Shown: positions 48,462-58,369 of the stretch, one piece after another
Numbering within the stretch: the stretch's first letter is position 1
How the letters are laid out: each line of letters starts with the position of its first letter
Assembly (NCBI GenBank): GCA_002746255.1
Contig: NVWO01000007.1
Location: 2,404-66,403, forward strand
DNA: 64,000 bases
Direction: 5' to 3'
DNA from: Rhodospirillaceae bacterium
Lineage (GTDB): Bacteria > Pseudomonadota > Alphaproteobacteria > GCA-2746255
Notes under the pieces: generated by a model
The model's input: the letters and a program-made list of their open reading frames with translations, nothing else
The model's database searches: none
Told to the model about the DNA's origin: nothing
Made by a program: the position numbers and the translations under genes

Positions 48462-49482
48462 TCGAACCGCTGCAAAAGCGCTTGTTCTCGGATGTCGTGG
48501 TTTGGTCCTTGAAGCGGACGAGCGGCGCTTTTTTTCCGAGGCTCAGCCCCTCGGCTTTATCCTTTTTGCACGCAACTGCGCCACGCCAGCCCAGTTACGC
48601 GCCCTGGTTGCCGATTTGAAAGCCAGCGTCGGGCGCGCGACGGCCCCGGTTCTCATCGATCAGGAAGGGGGGCGGGTCTGTCGGCTGCCGTCGTCCCATT
48701 GGCGGGTGCCACCACCGGCGGCGCGATTTGGTGCCCTTGCCAGAACGGACGCCGCAGCGGCATCTCAGGCCGTATGGTTGAATGCGCAGCTGCTGGCGGG
48801 CGAACTTCTCGACCTTGGGGTCACGGTGGATTGCGCGCCGGTGCTGGATCTGCCGACATCGCAGGCAGACCCGATCATCGGGGATCGTGCCTTTGGGGTT
48901 GATGCGGAGCAGACGGTCGTCCTCGGTCGCGCTATGTGCGAGGGGTTTCTTGCTGGCGGCGTCCTGCCGGTGCTGAAGCATATTCCCGGCCATGGCCGCG
49001 CCAGGGTCGATAGCCACAAGGCGCTTCCAGAAGTGACGGCGGACGGCAGCGAGCTTGCGGCGGCAGATTTCCTGCCCTTTTGCGCCCTTGCCGACATGCC
49101 GCTGGCGATGACGGCCCATATTGTCTATCGGGCATTCGATCCCAAAACGCCGGCCACGCTTTCGAAAACCGTCGTTCAGGAGATTATTCGCGGGCAAATC
49201 GGGTTCGATGGGCTTTTGCTGACGGACGACATTTCGATGAAGGCACTGGAAGGCGGGCTGGCAGATCGTGCCCGGGCGGCCCTTGAGGCAGGTTGTGATG
49301 TGGTTTTGCATTGCAATGGGCGCCTTGAGGAAATGGCGGTTCTGGCTGCGGCGGTTGGTTCTCTTACGCCAGACGCGCAGGCACGGTTCGCGCGCGCGGA
49401 AGCGATGCGGATGGCAGCGAAGGTGGACGCGGATATGGATGACGTAAGGGCACGCCTTGCGGAATGTCTGGGCGAGGCGTGA
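48448..49482 (+). CDS. nagZ: beta-N-acetylhexosaminidase (GH3)
   Basis: LVLGCRGLVLEADERRFF...; the KHIPGHG motif fits a GH3 enzyme. Start is approximate (TTG just upstream of the SPOR-gene stop). Confidence 0.75.
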   Translation: MSAPDRTAAKALVLGCRGLVLEADERRFFSEAQPLGFILFARNCATPAQLRALVADLKASVGRATAPVLIDQEGGRVCRLPSSHWRVPPPAARFGALARTDAAAASQAVWLNAQLLAGELLDLGVTVDCAPVLDLPTSQADPIIGDRAFGVDAEQTVVLGRAMCEGFLAGGVLPVLKHIPGHGRARVDSHKALPEVTADGSELAAADFLPFCALADMPLAMTAHIVYRAFDPKTPATLSKTVVQEIIRGQIGFDGLLLTDDISMKALEGGLADRARAALEAGCDVVLHCNGRLEEMAVLAAAVGSLTPDAQARFARAEAMRMAAKVDADMDDVRARLAECLGEA

Positions 49483-50174
49483 TGGAAGAAGAAGCCGCAA
49501 GTATCTTTTATACCGCGTCCGTATGGGTGCTGCCGATCCTGCTGGCAATTACGCTGCATGAAGCGGCCCACGGCTTTGTCGCGCTTCGCTTTGGCGACGA
49601 TACCGCCTTGCGCGCCGGGCGTGTCACGTTGAATCCGTTCCGTCACGTTGATCGCTTTGGCACGCTGTTGCTGCCGGCGCTGTTGCTGCTCGTCCATTCG
49701 CCGATCCTGTTCGGCTACGCAAAGCCGGTGCCGGTCAATTTTTCCCGTCTGCGCCATCCAAAACGGGACATGATCTGGGTTGCCGCGGCGGGGCCTGGAA
49801 TGAACCTTCTGCTTGCTCTTTGTGCCGCCCTAGCCTTCCACCTCCTTCCGATTTTTCCGGAAACAAGCCAGGATTGGCTGGCAGCAAATTTTGAAAATGC
49901 AATATTTATCAATGTGATATTAGCTGTTTTTAACATGCTGCCTCTGCCGCCTTTGGATGGTGGCCGGGTGGCAGTCGGATTGTTGCCCCACATGCTGGCG
50001 GTGCAGCTGGCGCGGTTGGAGCGTGTGGGCATTCCGATTCTTTTGGCATTTCTTTTCATTTTGCCGATGCTTGGAAACGCAATCGGCGTTAACCTGAACC
50101 TGTTCTCCTGGCTGGTGCTTGTCCCGGCCGAAAAGGTGCTTCGCGTGATTGTTGTTCTTGCGGGGCTAGGGTAG
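49482..50174 (+). CDS. site-2 protease family (peptidase M50) membrane zinc metalloprotease
   Basis: HExxH in ITLHEAAHG; second motif NMLPLPPLDGG. Confidence 0.7.
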   Translation: MEEEAASIFYTASVWVLPILLAITLHEAAHGFVALRFGDDTALRAGRVTLNPFRHVDRFGTLLLPALLLLVHSPILFGYAKPVPVNFSRLRHPKRDMIWVAAAGPGMNLLLALCAALAFHLLPIFPETSQDWLAANFENAIFINVILAVFNMLPLPPLDGGRVAVGLLPHMLAVQLARLERVGIPILLAFLFILPMLGNAIGVNLNLFSWLVLVPAEKVLRVIVVLAGLG

Positions 50175-50177
50175 GGG

Positions 50178-50969
50178 TTGGAGCTGTTGGTTACGGAAGA
50201 AAGGTTCGAAGCGTCGCCGGTCGTTAACGCGGACGGCCAGTTTGTCCTGAATTTGAGCGGGTTCGAAGGCCCGATCGATGTTCTGCTGACGCTGGCGCGC
50301 GAACAAAAGCTCGACCTTGCCCAGATTTCAATCCTGGACCTGGCCAACCAATATCTGGATTTCATGATGCATGCGCGTCGTGAACGCCTTGAACTGGCTG
50401 CTGATTATCTGGTGATGGCGGCATGGCTTGCCTACCTGAAATCGAAATTGCTGCTGCCGGAACCGGAAGAGGACGGGGAAGAGGCAACCGCCGCGCAAAT
50501 GGCCGAGGCATTGGCTTTCCAATTGCGCCGTCTGGAGGCGATGCAGGCGGCCAGTCAGCAATTGTTTGAACGGCCGCAATTGGGACAGGACATTTTTGCT
50601 CGGGGGGATCCGGAAGGCATTACGGTCATTGGAACTTCTGTCTACGTTCTTTCGCTGCACGATCTGCTGCGAAGCTATGGTGATACCCAGAAGCGCGAGG
50701 CGGTCGGTGCCCTTCACATCGAAGCGATGGGCCTGTTTTCGATGGAAATGGCCCTTGAGCGTCTTTCCAGCATGCTGGGCGCAATGCCCGATTGGCAAAC
50801 GCTGATGACGTACCTGCCAGACGTACCGGAAGGCGGCATTCGCCTGCGCTCTGCGATTGCCTCGACTTTTTCGGCGAGTCTGGAACTGGCGCGCGTCGGC
50901 AAAGTCGAACTCCGCCAGGAACAAAATTTTGGCCCCCTCTATATTCGCAAGGCGACAGACGCAAAATGA
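50178..50969 (+). CDS. scpA: segregation and condensation protein A
   Basis: NLSGFEGPIDVLLTLAREQKLDLAQISILDLANQYL. TTG start per track. Confidence 0.8.
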   Translation: MELLVTEERFEASPVVNADGQFVLNLSGFEGPIDVLLTLAREQKLDLAQISILDLANQYLDFMMHARRERLELAADYLVMAAWLAYLKSKLLLPEPEEDGEEATAAQMAEALAFQLRRLEAMQAASQQLFERPQLGQDIFARGDPEGITVIGTSVYVLSLHDLLRSYGDTQKREAVGALHIEAMGLFSMEMALERLSSMLGAMPDWQTLMTYLPDVPEGGIRLRSAIASTFSASLELARVGKVELRQEQNFGPLYIRKATDAK

Positions 50970-51688
50970 CCACTGGCTTGAATCAACCTTCCCAGGACGA
51001 TGGAAATGAAACAACCATTGGCCTCAATCCACATTTACGCATTCTTGAAGCCGTTCTGTTTGCGGTCGCGGAACCCCTGGACAACAAAACGCTGGCTCAA
51101 CAATTGCCAAACGATGTTGATCTGCCGAGCCTTCTTGAAACGTTGCGCCGGGCCTATGCGAACCGGGGCGTCACCCTGGTTCAGGTTGGCGGCAAATGGG
51201 CCTTTCGCACGGCGCCGGATCTGGCCGGGATGCTTCGGATCGAAAAAGAGGTAAAGCGCCGCCTTTCCCGCGCGGCAAAGGAGATGTTGGCAATCGTTGC
51301 TTACCATGCGCCGATCACACGCGCCGAAATCGAAGAGATTCGAGGCGTCGCCTTGAGCCGGGGCACCCTTGACCAATTGCTGGAGGCGGAGTGGATACGT
51401 CCGATGGGGCGGCGGCAGACGCCGGGTCGTCCGATGACCTGGGGGGTGACGGACGACTTTTACAGTCATTTTGGCCTGTCTGGCCACGATGATCTGCCTG
51501 GCATTGAGGAGTTGAAGGCGGCGGGCCTGTTGGATCAGCGACCGGCGATTTCTATCTATGCCGACCGGGCGGGCGAGGAAAGCTTGTTGCCGGATGAAGA
51601 CGCGGAAATGTCGGATGAAGACGCGGATGGAGAAGAAAACGCCGTGTTGGCACCTCTTGAGGTAGAGGAAGATCCGTCTGCCCCATAG
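50966..51688 (+). CDS. scpB: segregation and condensation protein B
   Basis: ATGA overlap with scpA; ILEAVLFAVAEPL winged-helix region. The track ORF extends to 50792. Confidence 0.8.
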   Translation: MTTGLNQPSQDDGNETTIGLNPHLRILEAVLFAVAEPLDNKTLAQQLPNDVDLPSLLETLRRAYANRGVTLVQVGGKWAFRTAPDLAGMLRIEKEVKRRLSRAAKEMLAIVAYHAPITRAEIEEIRGVALSRGTLDQLLEAEWIRPMGRRQTPGRPMTWGVTDDFYSHFGLSGHDDLPGIEELKAAGLLDQRPAISIYADRAGEESLLPDEDAEMSDEDADGEENAVLAPLEVEEDPSAP

Positions 51689-51785
51689 AGGCCAAGGGGC
51701 TGGGCGTTGCGGATGGTGCACATTTCTGGCATGATCCTGGTAGTTTTGATCTCGAAACCCTTTTTCGAAAATTAGGAGTCCTTGG

Positions 51786-52034
51786 ATGGGCGGCATTGGC
51801 ATTTGGCAGATCGTTCTGGTCTTGGCGATCGTTCTGATTCTCTTCGGGGCAGGGAAATTGCCGAAAGTGATGGGAGACTTGGCGAAGGGGGTAAAGACCT
51901 TCCGTTCCGGCCTTAAAGATGAGGAGGGGGGGGGCTCGACAAGCGTCGCATCGACTTCTCTGGAGCAGGATAAATCCTCTACCAGTCCGGCCTCAAAGGT
52001 CGTCGGCGAGAAGGACGACGCCGTCAAATCTTAA
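51786..52034 (+). CDS. tatA: twin-arginine translocase subunit TatA
   Basis: MGGIGIWQIVLVLAIVLILFGAGKLP. Confidence 0.85.
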   Translation: MGGIGIWQIVLVLAIVLILFGAGKLPKVMGDLAKGVKTFRSGLKDEEGGGSTSVASTSLEQDKSSTSPASKVVGEKDDAVKS

Positions 52035-52085
52035 CTGGCTTTCCCAGCGCCATGAACGCGATCCGGGTTCCCAGGATTACAAGAA

Positions 52086-52394
52086 ATGTTTGATATCGGT
52101 TGGCCGGAACTGGCCTTGGTCGTCCTTCTGGCAATCCTCGTGATTGGACCGAAGGAATTGCCGTTGGTGCTGCGTACCCTTGGTCGGTGGGCGGGCAAGG
52201 CGCGTGCGCTTGTCCGTGATTTTCGTAGCAGCCTTAATGAGATCGCGAAGGAAGCCGAATTGGATGAATTTCGCCGCATGGCTTCCGGCGATATGAGCGA
52301 AAAGGCAATTGAACCCGGCTCGACAGACGAAAAAGCGCGTCCCGCGAGCGATTCTTCCGTAAACAGGCCTTCGGGTGGCACGCGTGGAGAATGA
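52086..52394 (+). CDS. tatB: twin-arginine translocase subunit TatB
   Basis: MFDIGWPELALVVLLAILVIGPKELP. Confidence 0.8.
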   Translation: MFDIGWPELALVVLLAILVIGPKELPLVLRTLGRWAGKARALVRDFRSSLNEIAKEAELDEFRRMASGDMSEKAIEPGSTDEKARPASDSSVNRPSGGTRGE

Positions 52395-53166
52395 GAAAAA
52401 AATGCCGTTGCTCGGTCATCTGATCGAGCTTCGCAACCGTCTCATGTGGTCGGTTGGAATTCTCTTCATCACGTTTATTGCCTGCTATACCGTTGCCGAG
52501 GAAATCTTCGCCTTCCTGGTGAGCCCGCTTGCGGAAATCTATGGGACAGGGACGGGGCGGCGGCTGATCTATACGGGCTTGGCCGAAGTCTTCTTCACCT
52601 ATGTAAAAGTCTCTTTTTTTACGGCCCTTTGCATTTCCTTTCCGATCATCGCAACGCAAGTCTGGGCCTTCGTTGCGCCCGGGCTCTATCGCGATGAAAA
52701 GAAGGTGTTTATGCCGTACTTAATTGCGACGCCGGTTCTTTTTATCGTGGGGGCGGCGCTCGTCTATTACGTTGTTATTCCACTGGCCTGGGAATTTTTT
52801 CTAACCTTCGAGACGACGGACACGGTAAGTGGCCTGCCGATCCAACTGGAAGCGAAGGTGAATGAATATCTAAGCCTGGTCATGAAATTAATCTTTGCCT
52901 TTGGGCTCTGTTTCCAGCTTCCGGTGCTGTTAACGCTGCTTGCGCGGGTCGGTGTGGTCACTGCGGCGGGCCTTGCAGCCAAACGAAAATACGCTCTGGT
53001 CGGGATTTTTATTGCGGCCGCCGTGTTGACGCCACCCGATCTTATTAGCCAGGTGAGCCTGGCCTTGCCGGTGCTCCTGCTCTATGAGATTTCAATCCTT
53101 TCCGTCCGTCTGGCCGAAAAACGTGCCCGGGTACGGGCAGACGATGGACCTTCCGATGATGCCTGA
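52375..53166 (+). CDS. tatC: twin-arginine translocase subunit TatC
   Basis: 6-TM TatC; start may be MPLLGHLIELRNRL at about 52402. Confidence 0.85.
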   Translation: MARVENEKKMPLLGHLIELRNRLMWSVGILFITFIACYTVAEEIFAFLVSPLAEIYGTGTGRRLIYTGLAEVFFTYVKVSFFTALCISFPIIATQVWAFVAPGLYRDEKKVFMPYLIATPVLFIVGAALVYYVVIPLAWEFFLTFETTDTVSGLPIQLEAKVNEYLSLVMKLIFAFGLCFQLPVLLTLLARVGVVTAAGLAAKRKYALVGIFIAAAVLTPPDLISQVSLALPVLLLYEISILSVRLAEKRARVRADDGPSDDA

Positions 53167-53229
53167 TTGTGGACGCGATAGCATTTTGCCCCCTATAAGG
53201 TGGTCTGGCGCTGCAACCATTGGATTTCC

Positions 53230-54507
53230 ATGTTCGATCTAGCCTGGATTCGGGAAAACCCTGATGCTTTCGACCAAGGTCTGGCCCGGCGTGGCGTTGC
53301 GCCACAGGCGGCGGGTGTTCTCGACCTCGATCAGCGGTGTCGCGCCGCCCAAACTGCACTTCAGGGGCTTCAGGAAAAGCGGAAAACGCTTTCCAAGGAA
53401 ATCGGCCTTGGCAAGCGGGACGGCACCGATACGGCGGCGCTGGAAGGTGAGGTTGCGGGGATAAAGGATGCGATGACGTCGCGTGAAGTGGCGGCCCGGG
53501 AACTGGGCGAAAGCCTTACCGGCCTGCTTGCAGGGCTTCCCAATTTGCCAGCTGAGGACGTGCCCGACGGTACCGATGAAGCGGCAAATGTAGAGATAAG
53601 ATCATTTGGCAAGAAGCCGGACTTTCCATTTAAAACAAAAGAACATTTTGAATTGGGGGAAGCGCTTGGCCAGATGGACTTTACGGTTGCCGCCAAGCTT
53701 TCGGGCGCGCGTTTTGTCGTGCTTTCGGGTGCGTTGGCGCGGCTTGAACGGGCACTTGCCGCCTTCATGCTTGACCTTCATACCCAGGAATTTGGCTACC
53801 TTGAGGTAAGCCCGCCCTGTCTGGTGCGCGAGGAAGCCCTGTTCGGTACCGGCCAATTGCCGAAATTCGGGGAGGATCTGTTTCATACGACCGACGGTTA
53901 CTGGCTGCTGCCGACGGCGGAAGTGGCGCTGACCAATCTTGTGGCCGGCGACATCGTTGACGCGGAGGCCCTGCCGCTGCGCTATGTCGCGCTGACGCCC
54001 TGTTTCCGCTCGGAGGCGGGGGCGGCTGGCAAGGACACGCGCGGCATGATCCGCCAGCACCAGTTTAACAAGGTCGAACTTGTCAGCATCGTGCATCCCG
54101 ATCAGTCGGACGCGGAACATGCGCGCATGACGGCGGCTGCGGAAGAGGTGCTGAAGCGCCTGGAGCTTGCGTACCGCGTCGTCACTCTGTCGGCGGGGGA
54201 CATTGGGTTTTCTGCACGCAAGACCTATGATTTGGAGGTCTGGTTGCCGGGTCAGGGCTGTTATCGCGAAATTTCCAGTTGCTCGAATTGTGGCGACTTT
54301 CAGGCACGGCGCATGAAGGCGCGATTCCGCTCCAAGGGCGAAAAGGGTACGCGTTTTCCTCACACGCTGAACGGCTCGGGTCTGGCAGTTGGCCGCACAT
54401 TGGTGGCGGTTCTTGAAAACGGCCAGCGCGCCGATGGTGGCATCGACATTCCCCAAATATTGCGCCCCTATCTTGGTGGCATGAAGGAGATCGCGCCGAA
54501 TGTTTGA
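53230..54507 (+). CDS. serS: serine--tRNA ligase
   Basis: [12 protein letters not shown] start; class-II motifs. The track ORF extends to 53200. Confidence 0.9.
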   Translation: MFDLAWIRENPDAFDQGLARRGVAPQAAGVLDLDQRCRAAQTALQGLQEKRKTLSKEIGLGKRDGTDTAALEGEVAGIKDAMTSREVAARELGESLTGLLAGLPNLPAEDVPDGTDEAANVEIRSFGKKPDFPFKTKEHFELGEALGQMDFTVAAKLSGARFVVLSGALARLERALAAFMLDLHTQEFGYLEVSPPCLVREEALFGTGQLPKFGEDLFHTTDGYWLLPTAEVALTNLVAGDIVDAEALPLRYVALTPCFRSEAGAAGKDTRGMIRQHQFNKVELVSIVHPDQSDAEHARMTAAAEEVLKRLELAYRVVTLSAGDIGFSARKTYDLEVWLPGQGCYREISSCSNCGDFQARRMKARFRSKGEKGTRFPHTLNGSGLAVGRTLVAVLENGQRADGGIDIPQILRPYLGGMKEIAPNV

Positions 54508-55288
54508 TGCGCCGCTTGATCTCAAAAACGCACGCATACTTGTTACAAATGACGACGGCGTTGAAACCCCCGGCATTGAATTGCTGGAAAAGATTGCACG
54601 CGGTTTCTCAGACGATGTCTGGGTGGTGGCGCCGCGATGGGACAATACGGGTGCCGGGCATTCCATCACCTTCAACACCCCGTTTCAGGTGGAAGAGATC
54701 GCGCCGCGCCACTTTGCCGTTCACGGCACGCCGACGGATTGTGTGTTGCTGGCCTGCAAGGAACTGCTTGCCGACAAGAAACCAGCGTTGTTGCTTTCCG
54801 GGGTAAATCCGGGGCCGAATCTGGCAGAGAACGTAACCTATTCCGGCACCATTTCGGCGGCGTTCGAGGGAACGCTTCTTGGTGTGCCATCGATCGCGTT
54901 CAGTGTGCATGGAATGCCTCCCTATTGTTGGGAAACCCCGGCCCGTTTCATCGGGGATATTATTCGCAAGGCCGTTTCCGTGCCTTGGCCGAAAGATGTT
55001 CTTATCAATGTCAACTTTCCCAATGTGCCTGTAGCTGAAATCACGGGAATTTTTGCAACCCGCCAGGGGCGCAGCAAGCTGGAACAGCGCATCACGCGGG
55101 AGGACGGCGCTGATGGCAAGGTGACGTACAGGATGGATTGGATTCTTCCAAATTTTGCTAGGAACGATGGCGTTGTGCCGGAAACGGACATCGAAGCGAT
55201 CGGGAACAATGCTGTTTCCGTTTGCCCACTTAGCCTGGACTTCACCGATGAAACGCTGATCGACAATTTAAAACGGGTGCTTGATTGA
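54500..55288 (+). CDS. surE: 5'/3'-nucleotidase SurE
   Basis: [14 protein letters not shown]. Confidence 0.85.
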   Translation: MFDAPLDLKNARILVTNDDGVETPGIELLEKIARGFSDDVWVVAPRWDNTGAGHSITFNTPFQVEEIAPRHFAVHGTPTDCVLLACKELLADKKPALLLSGVNPGPNLAENVTYSGTISAAFEGTLLGVPSIAFSVHGMPPYCWETPARFIGDIIRKAVSVPWPKDVLINVNFPNVPVAEITGIFATRQGRSKLEQRITREDGADGKVTYRMDWILPNFARNDGVVPETDIEAIGNNAVSVCPLSLDFTDETLIDNLKRVLD

Positions 55289-55923
55289 CGGTTGACCCGC
55301 GGCAGATACGTCTGCTTATGGAGCTGCGTCAGGGAGGCATTCAGGACATCGCGGTGTTGGCGGCCATCGAAAAAACGCCGCGCCACCTCTTCGTGCCGGA
55401 TAATTTTCAAGAAGAAGCTTACAAAAACACGGCGCTTCCCATCGAGTCGGGCCAGACGATCAGCCAGCCGCAGGTTGTGGCGATGATGACCGAGGCCTTG
55501 GCGGCCGATAAACGGCTTCGGGTGCTTGAAATCGGCACCGGTTCTGGCTATCAGACGGCGGTGCTGGCCAAACTCTTTCGCCGCGTCTACACGGTCGAAC
55601 GCCATCACAATCTTCTGAAGAGGGCGCAAGCCCGCTTTGCGGAGCTTGGCCTGCACAACGTTACAACCCGGCTTGGTGACGGCGCGCTGGGGTGGCCGGA
55701 GCAGGCCCCCTTTGACCGTATCCTGGTAACGGCCGGTGCCGTGGAAATTCCGTCCACACTTCTTGATCAGCTTCGAATCGGCGGCATCCTGGTTATACCG
55801 GTCGGTGCGACTGGCAATGAGCAATGCCTTCAGTGCATCCGCAAGGAAGAAGATGGCATCCATGCGGAAAACCTTGGGCTTGTCCGCTTTGTCCCGCTTG
55901 TCAAAAAACCGCCTGTTCGTTAG
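55285..55923 (+). CDS. pcm: protein-L-isoaspartate O-methyltransferase
   Basis: VLEIGTGSGYQTAVLA; canonical surE-pcm-nlpD arrangement. Confidence 0.85.
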   Translation: MTVDPRQIRLLMELRQGGIQDIAVLAAIEKTPRHLFVPDNFQEEAYKNTALPIESGQTISQPQVVAMMTEALAADKRLRVLEIGTGSGYQTAVLAKLFRRVYTVERHHNLLKRAQARFAELGLHNVTTRLGDGALGWPEQAPFDRILVTAGAVEIPSTLLDQLRIGGILVIPVGATGNEQCLQCIRKEEDGIHAENLGLVRFVPLVKKPPVR

Positions 55924-56001
55924 AGAAAAAGGCGGGTTTACGGTTGAAGCTCCGCATGCCCCCACCTAGTATTTGGAAATTGGCACCGGGGCGAATGGGG
56001 G

Positions 56002-56967
56002 ATGCGCATGGGCCGTAACCTCTTGCAAAAAGGATGGCAGGCGGTCGCGTTGCTGGTGGTCACGCTGGCATTTTCGGGTTGCAGCGAACCCTGGATTACC
56101 GGCAAGGCCATTGGCTACTCGCTGTCGCAAGCCTCGCCTGTTTCTGGAAAAAATGGTGTCACGGTGCGTAAGGGGGACACCGTTTACGGGATTGCGCGTC
56201 GTCATGGCGTCACAATACGCGCGCTTATCGATGCGAACGGTCTTCGACCGCCTTACACGCTCCGGGTTGGTGGGAAGCTTAAACTTCCAGGGCGTCAGAC
56301 CTATATTGTACGGAAAGGGGACACCGTTTACGGCATCTCGCGCAAATTGGGGACCGACATGCGCGACCTGGTGCGACAAAATGGAATCCGCTCGCCTTAC
56401 CGAATTACCGTTGGTCAAGAATTGCAGTTGTCGCAGAAGGGCGCGCGCGACGCGGCTGCTTCCTCTGCAAAGACAAAGAAAAAGCGGCGTTCGTCTGCTT
56501 CTTCCAGGGTGACGAAGCCGCCCCCGCGGCAAAAAGGTAATTTTCTTATGCCGGTTAAAGGAAAGCTCCTGGCCGGGTTCGGTCCAAAATCGGGCGGTCT
56601 GCACAATGACGGCATCAACATTTCAGCCCCGCGAGGGACGCCGGTCCGGGCAGCGGAAAATGGCGTTGTCGTCTATGTTGGCAATGAGCTTCGAGGCTTT
56701 GGAAATCTCCTGCTTATCAAGCACGCGAATGGCTGGGTATCGGCCTATGGGCATACGGATGGGTCGCTTGTAAAGCGCGGCGACGTCATCAAACGGGGGG
56801 AGCAGGTGGCGAAAGTTGGAAAATCGGGCAATGTCGATCAGCCACAACTGCACTTCGAATTGCGGCGCGGTGTCCGAGCCGTCAATCCCTTGCGCTATCT
56901 CACCAGTTCTTTGCGTGAGAAAAAGGAACGTGTTCTAGCGAAGCTGCTTGCCCAGGCGTCCGGCTAG
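56002..56967 (+). CDS. nlpD: LysM + M23 peptidase lipoprotein (NlpD-like)
   Basis: Two LysM repeats (DTVYGIARRHGV, DTVYGISRKLG) and a C-terminal M23 domain. Confidence 0.8.
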   Translation: MRMGRNLLQKGWQAVALLVVTLAFSGCSEPWITGKAIGYSLSQASPVSGKNGVTVRKGDTVYGIARRHGVTIRALIDANGLRPPYTLRVGGKLKLPGRQTYIVRKGDTVYGISRKLGTDMRDLVRQNGIRSPYRITVGQELQLSQKGARDAAASSAKTKKKRRSSASSRVTKPPPRQKGNFLMPVKGKLLAGFGPKSGGLHNDGINISAPRGTPVRAAENGVVVYVGNELRGFGNLLLIKHANGWVSAYGHTDGSLVKRGDVIKRGEQVAKVGKSGNVDQPQLHFELRRGVRAVNPLRYLTSSLREKKERVLAKLLAQASG

Positions 56968-57792
56968 ATCCTGGATGAACTGCCAGGCTACCCGGCCTGA
57001 TCGCGCGCCACGGGTCATGGACCATTCCAGCGCTTCGGCACGAAGCGTTTTTTCAGGTATATCCAGCCCATAATGCTTTGCATAGCCCTCGACGATTTCG
57101 AAAAAAGTGGGCTGATCGCAATTGTGGAAGCCGATCCAAAGCCCAAAGCGGTCGGAAAGGGAAACTTTTTCGTCGACGGATTCGCCGCCATGAATTTCGA
57201 TGGAACGCGTGTTTTCGATCATTTCCCTGGGCATCAGATGACGGCGGTTCGAGGTGGCATAAAAGAGAACGTTCTCTGGCCGCCCTTCAATGCCACCCTC
57301 CAACACCGCTTTCAGGGATTTATAGGCGGCGTCCTTGCCGTCGAAGGAAAGGTCGTCGCAGAAAAGAATAAAACGCCCCTCGTTTTTCCGAAGACGCGTC
57401 AGCAGGCGCGGCAACGAGGCGATTTCCTCGCGATGGATCTCGACCAGCGTTAAGGCGCTACCGTCTTCCTCGGCCCGCAAGGTGGCGTGCACCGCCTTTA
57501 CCAGTGAGCTTTTTCCCGTTCCCCTGGCACCCCATAGCAGCGCATTGTTGGCCGGATATCCCTTTGCGAAGCGGCGCGTGTTTTCCAAAAGCAGCCGCTT
57601 TTGGGTGTTGATGCCGCAAAGCAGGTCGATTTCGATGCGGTTGACGGTGGCCACGGCCTCCATCTCGCCAGGTTCCGCGTGCCAGACGAAGGCATCGGCC
57701 CCATTGATGGGGGGCGACGTGTGTTTTACCGGGGCCATTCGTTCCAGCGCATCGGCTATTCTGTGGAGCAGCGTCTCAAGGGGGTGGTCCAT
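56935..57792 (-). CDS. AAA-type ATPase, DUF815 family
   Basis: Walker A GARGTGKSSL. Start taken at MDHPLETLL; the track ORF extends to 57840. Confidence 0.65.
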   Translation of the reverse strand: MDHPLETLLHRIADALERMAPVKHTSPPINGADAFVWHAEPGEMEAVATVNRIEIDLLCGINTQKRLLLENTRRFAKGYPANNALLWGARGTGKSSLVKAVHATLRAEEDGSALTLVEIHREEIASLPRLLTRLRKNEGRFILFCDDLSFDGKDAAYKSLKAVLEGGIEGRPENVLFYATSNRRHLMPREMIENTRSIEIHGGESVDEKVSLSDRFGLWIGFHNCDQPTFFEIVEGYAKHYGLDIPEKTLRAEALEWSMTRGARSGRVAWQFIQDLAGRLGKQLR

Positions 57793-57975
57793 CTTCTTGT
57801 CCCGGCATGATTTTCGGTTTTGGCCCGCTGGCCCAGGCAATTATAGACGATCGGCAGGCGGCGAGGGAACAGGTGCGCGGGCCGCCCGTTTTAATGGCTT
57901 TGAAAAGCGCTGCTTTCCAAGGCAGTGGCAGCACAGTATGATCCGCGCAAACCGAAGCTTTTTAGGGAAAGTCCG

Positions 57976-58317
57976 ATGTTGATTTCACCAGCACTAGCGC
58001 AAACCGGGGCCGAGCCAAGCGGGCTTGAAATGTTCCTGCCGCTTATTCTTATTTTCGTCGTCTTTTATTTCCTGCTTATCCGGCCACAGCAGAAAAAGGC
58101 GAAGCAGCACCGAGACATGGTCGGAACCCTGCGCAGGGGGGATCGGATCGTAACTGGCGGCGGTATTCTTGGCACCGTTGCGAAAATCGTTGACGATGGG
58201 GAAGTTCTGGTCGAAATCTCTGAGAACGTCCGCGTTCGTGTGGCCCGGGCGACGATTGCGAATGTTTTGTCAAAGCCGGAACCGGCGGCAAACGACGACA
58301 AAAAGAAATCCGATTAG
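57976..58317 (+). CDS. yajC: preprotein translocase subunit YajC
   Basis: FLPLILIFVVFYFLLIRPQQKKAK. Confidence 0.8.
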   Translation: MLISPALAQTGAEPSGLEMFLPLILIFVVFYFLLIRPQQKKAKQHRDMVGTLRRGDRIVTGGGILGTVAKIVDDGEVLVEISENVRVRVARATIANVLSKPEPAANDDKKKSD

Positions 58318-58369
58318 GAAACGTCGCTAGGAAACGTCGCACAATCCTGTTCCCCCGCTCGGTGGTCGA

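Noticed and set aside
51035-52027. 330-aa minus-strand ORF
   Set aside because: Antisense to scpB and tatA.
53602-55965. Minus-strand ORFs 53602-54678 and 54922-55965
   Set aside because: Antisense to serS and surE/pcm, which are confidently identified.
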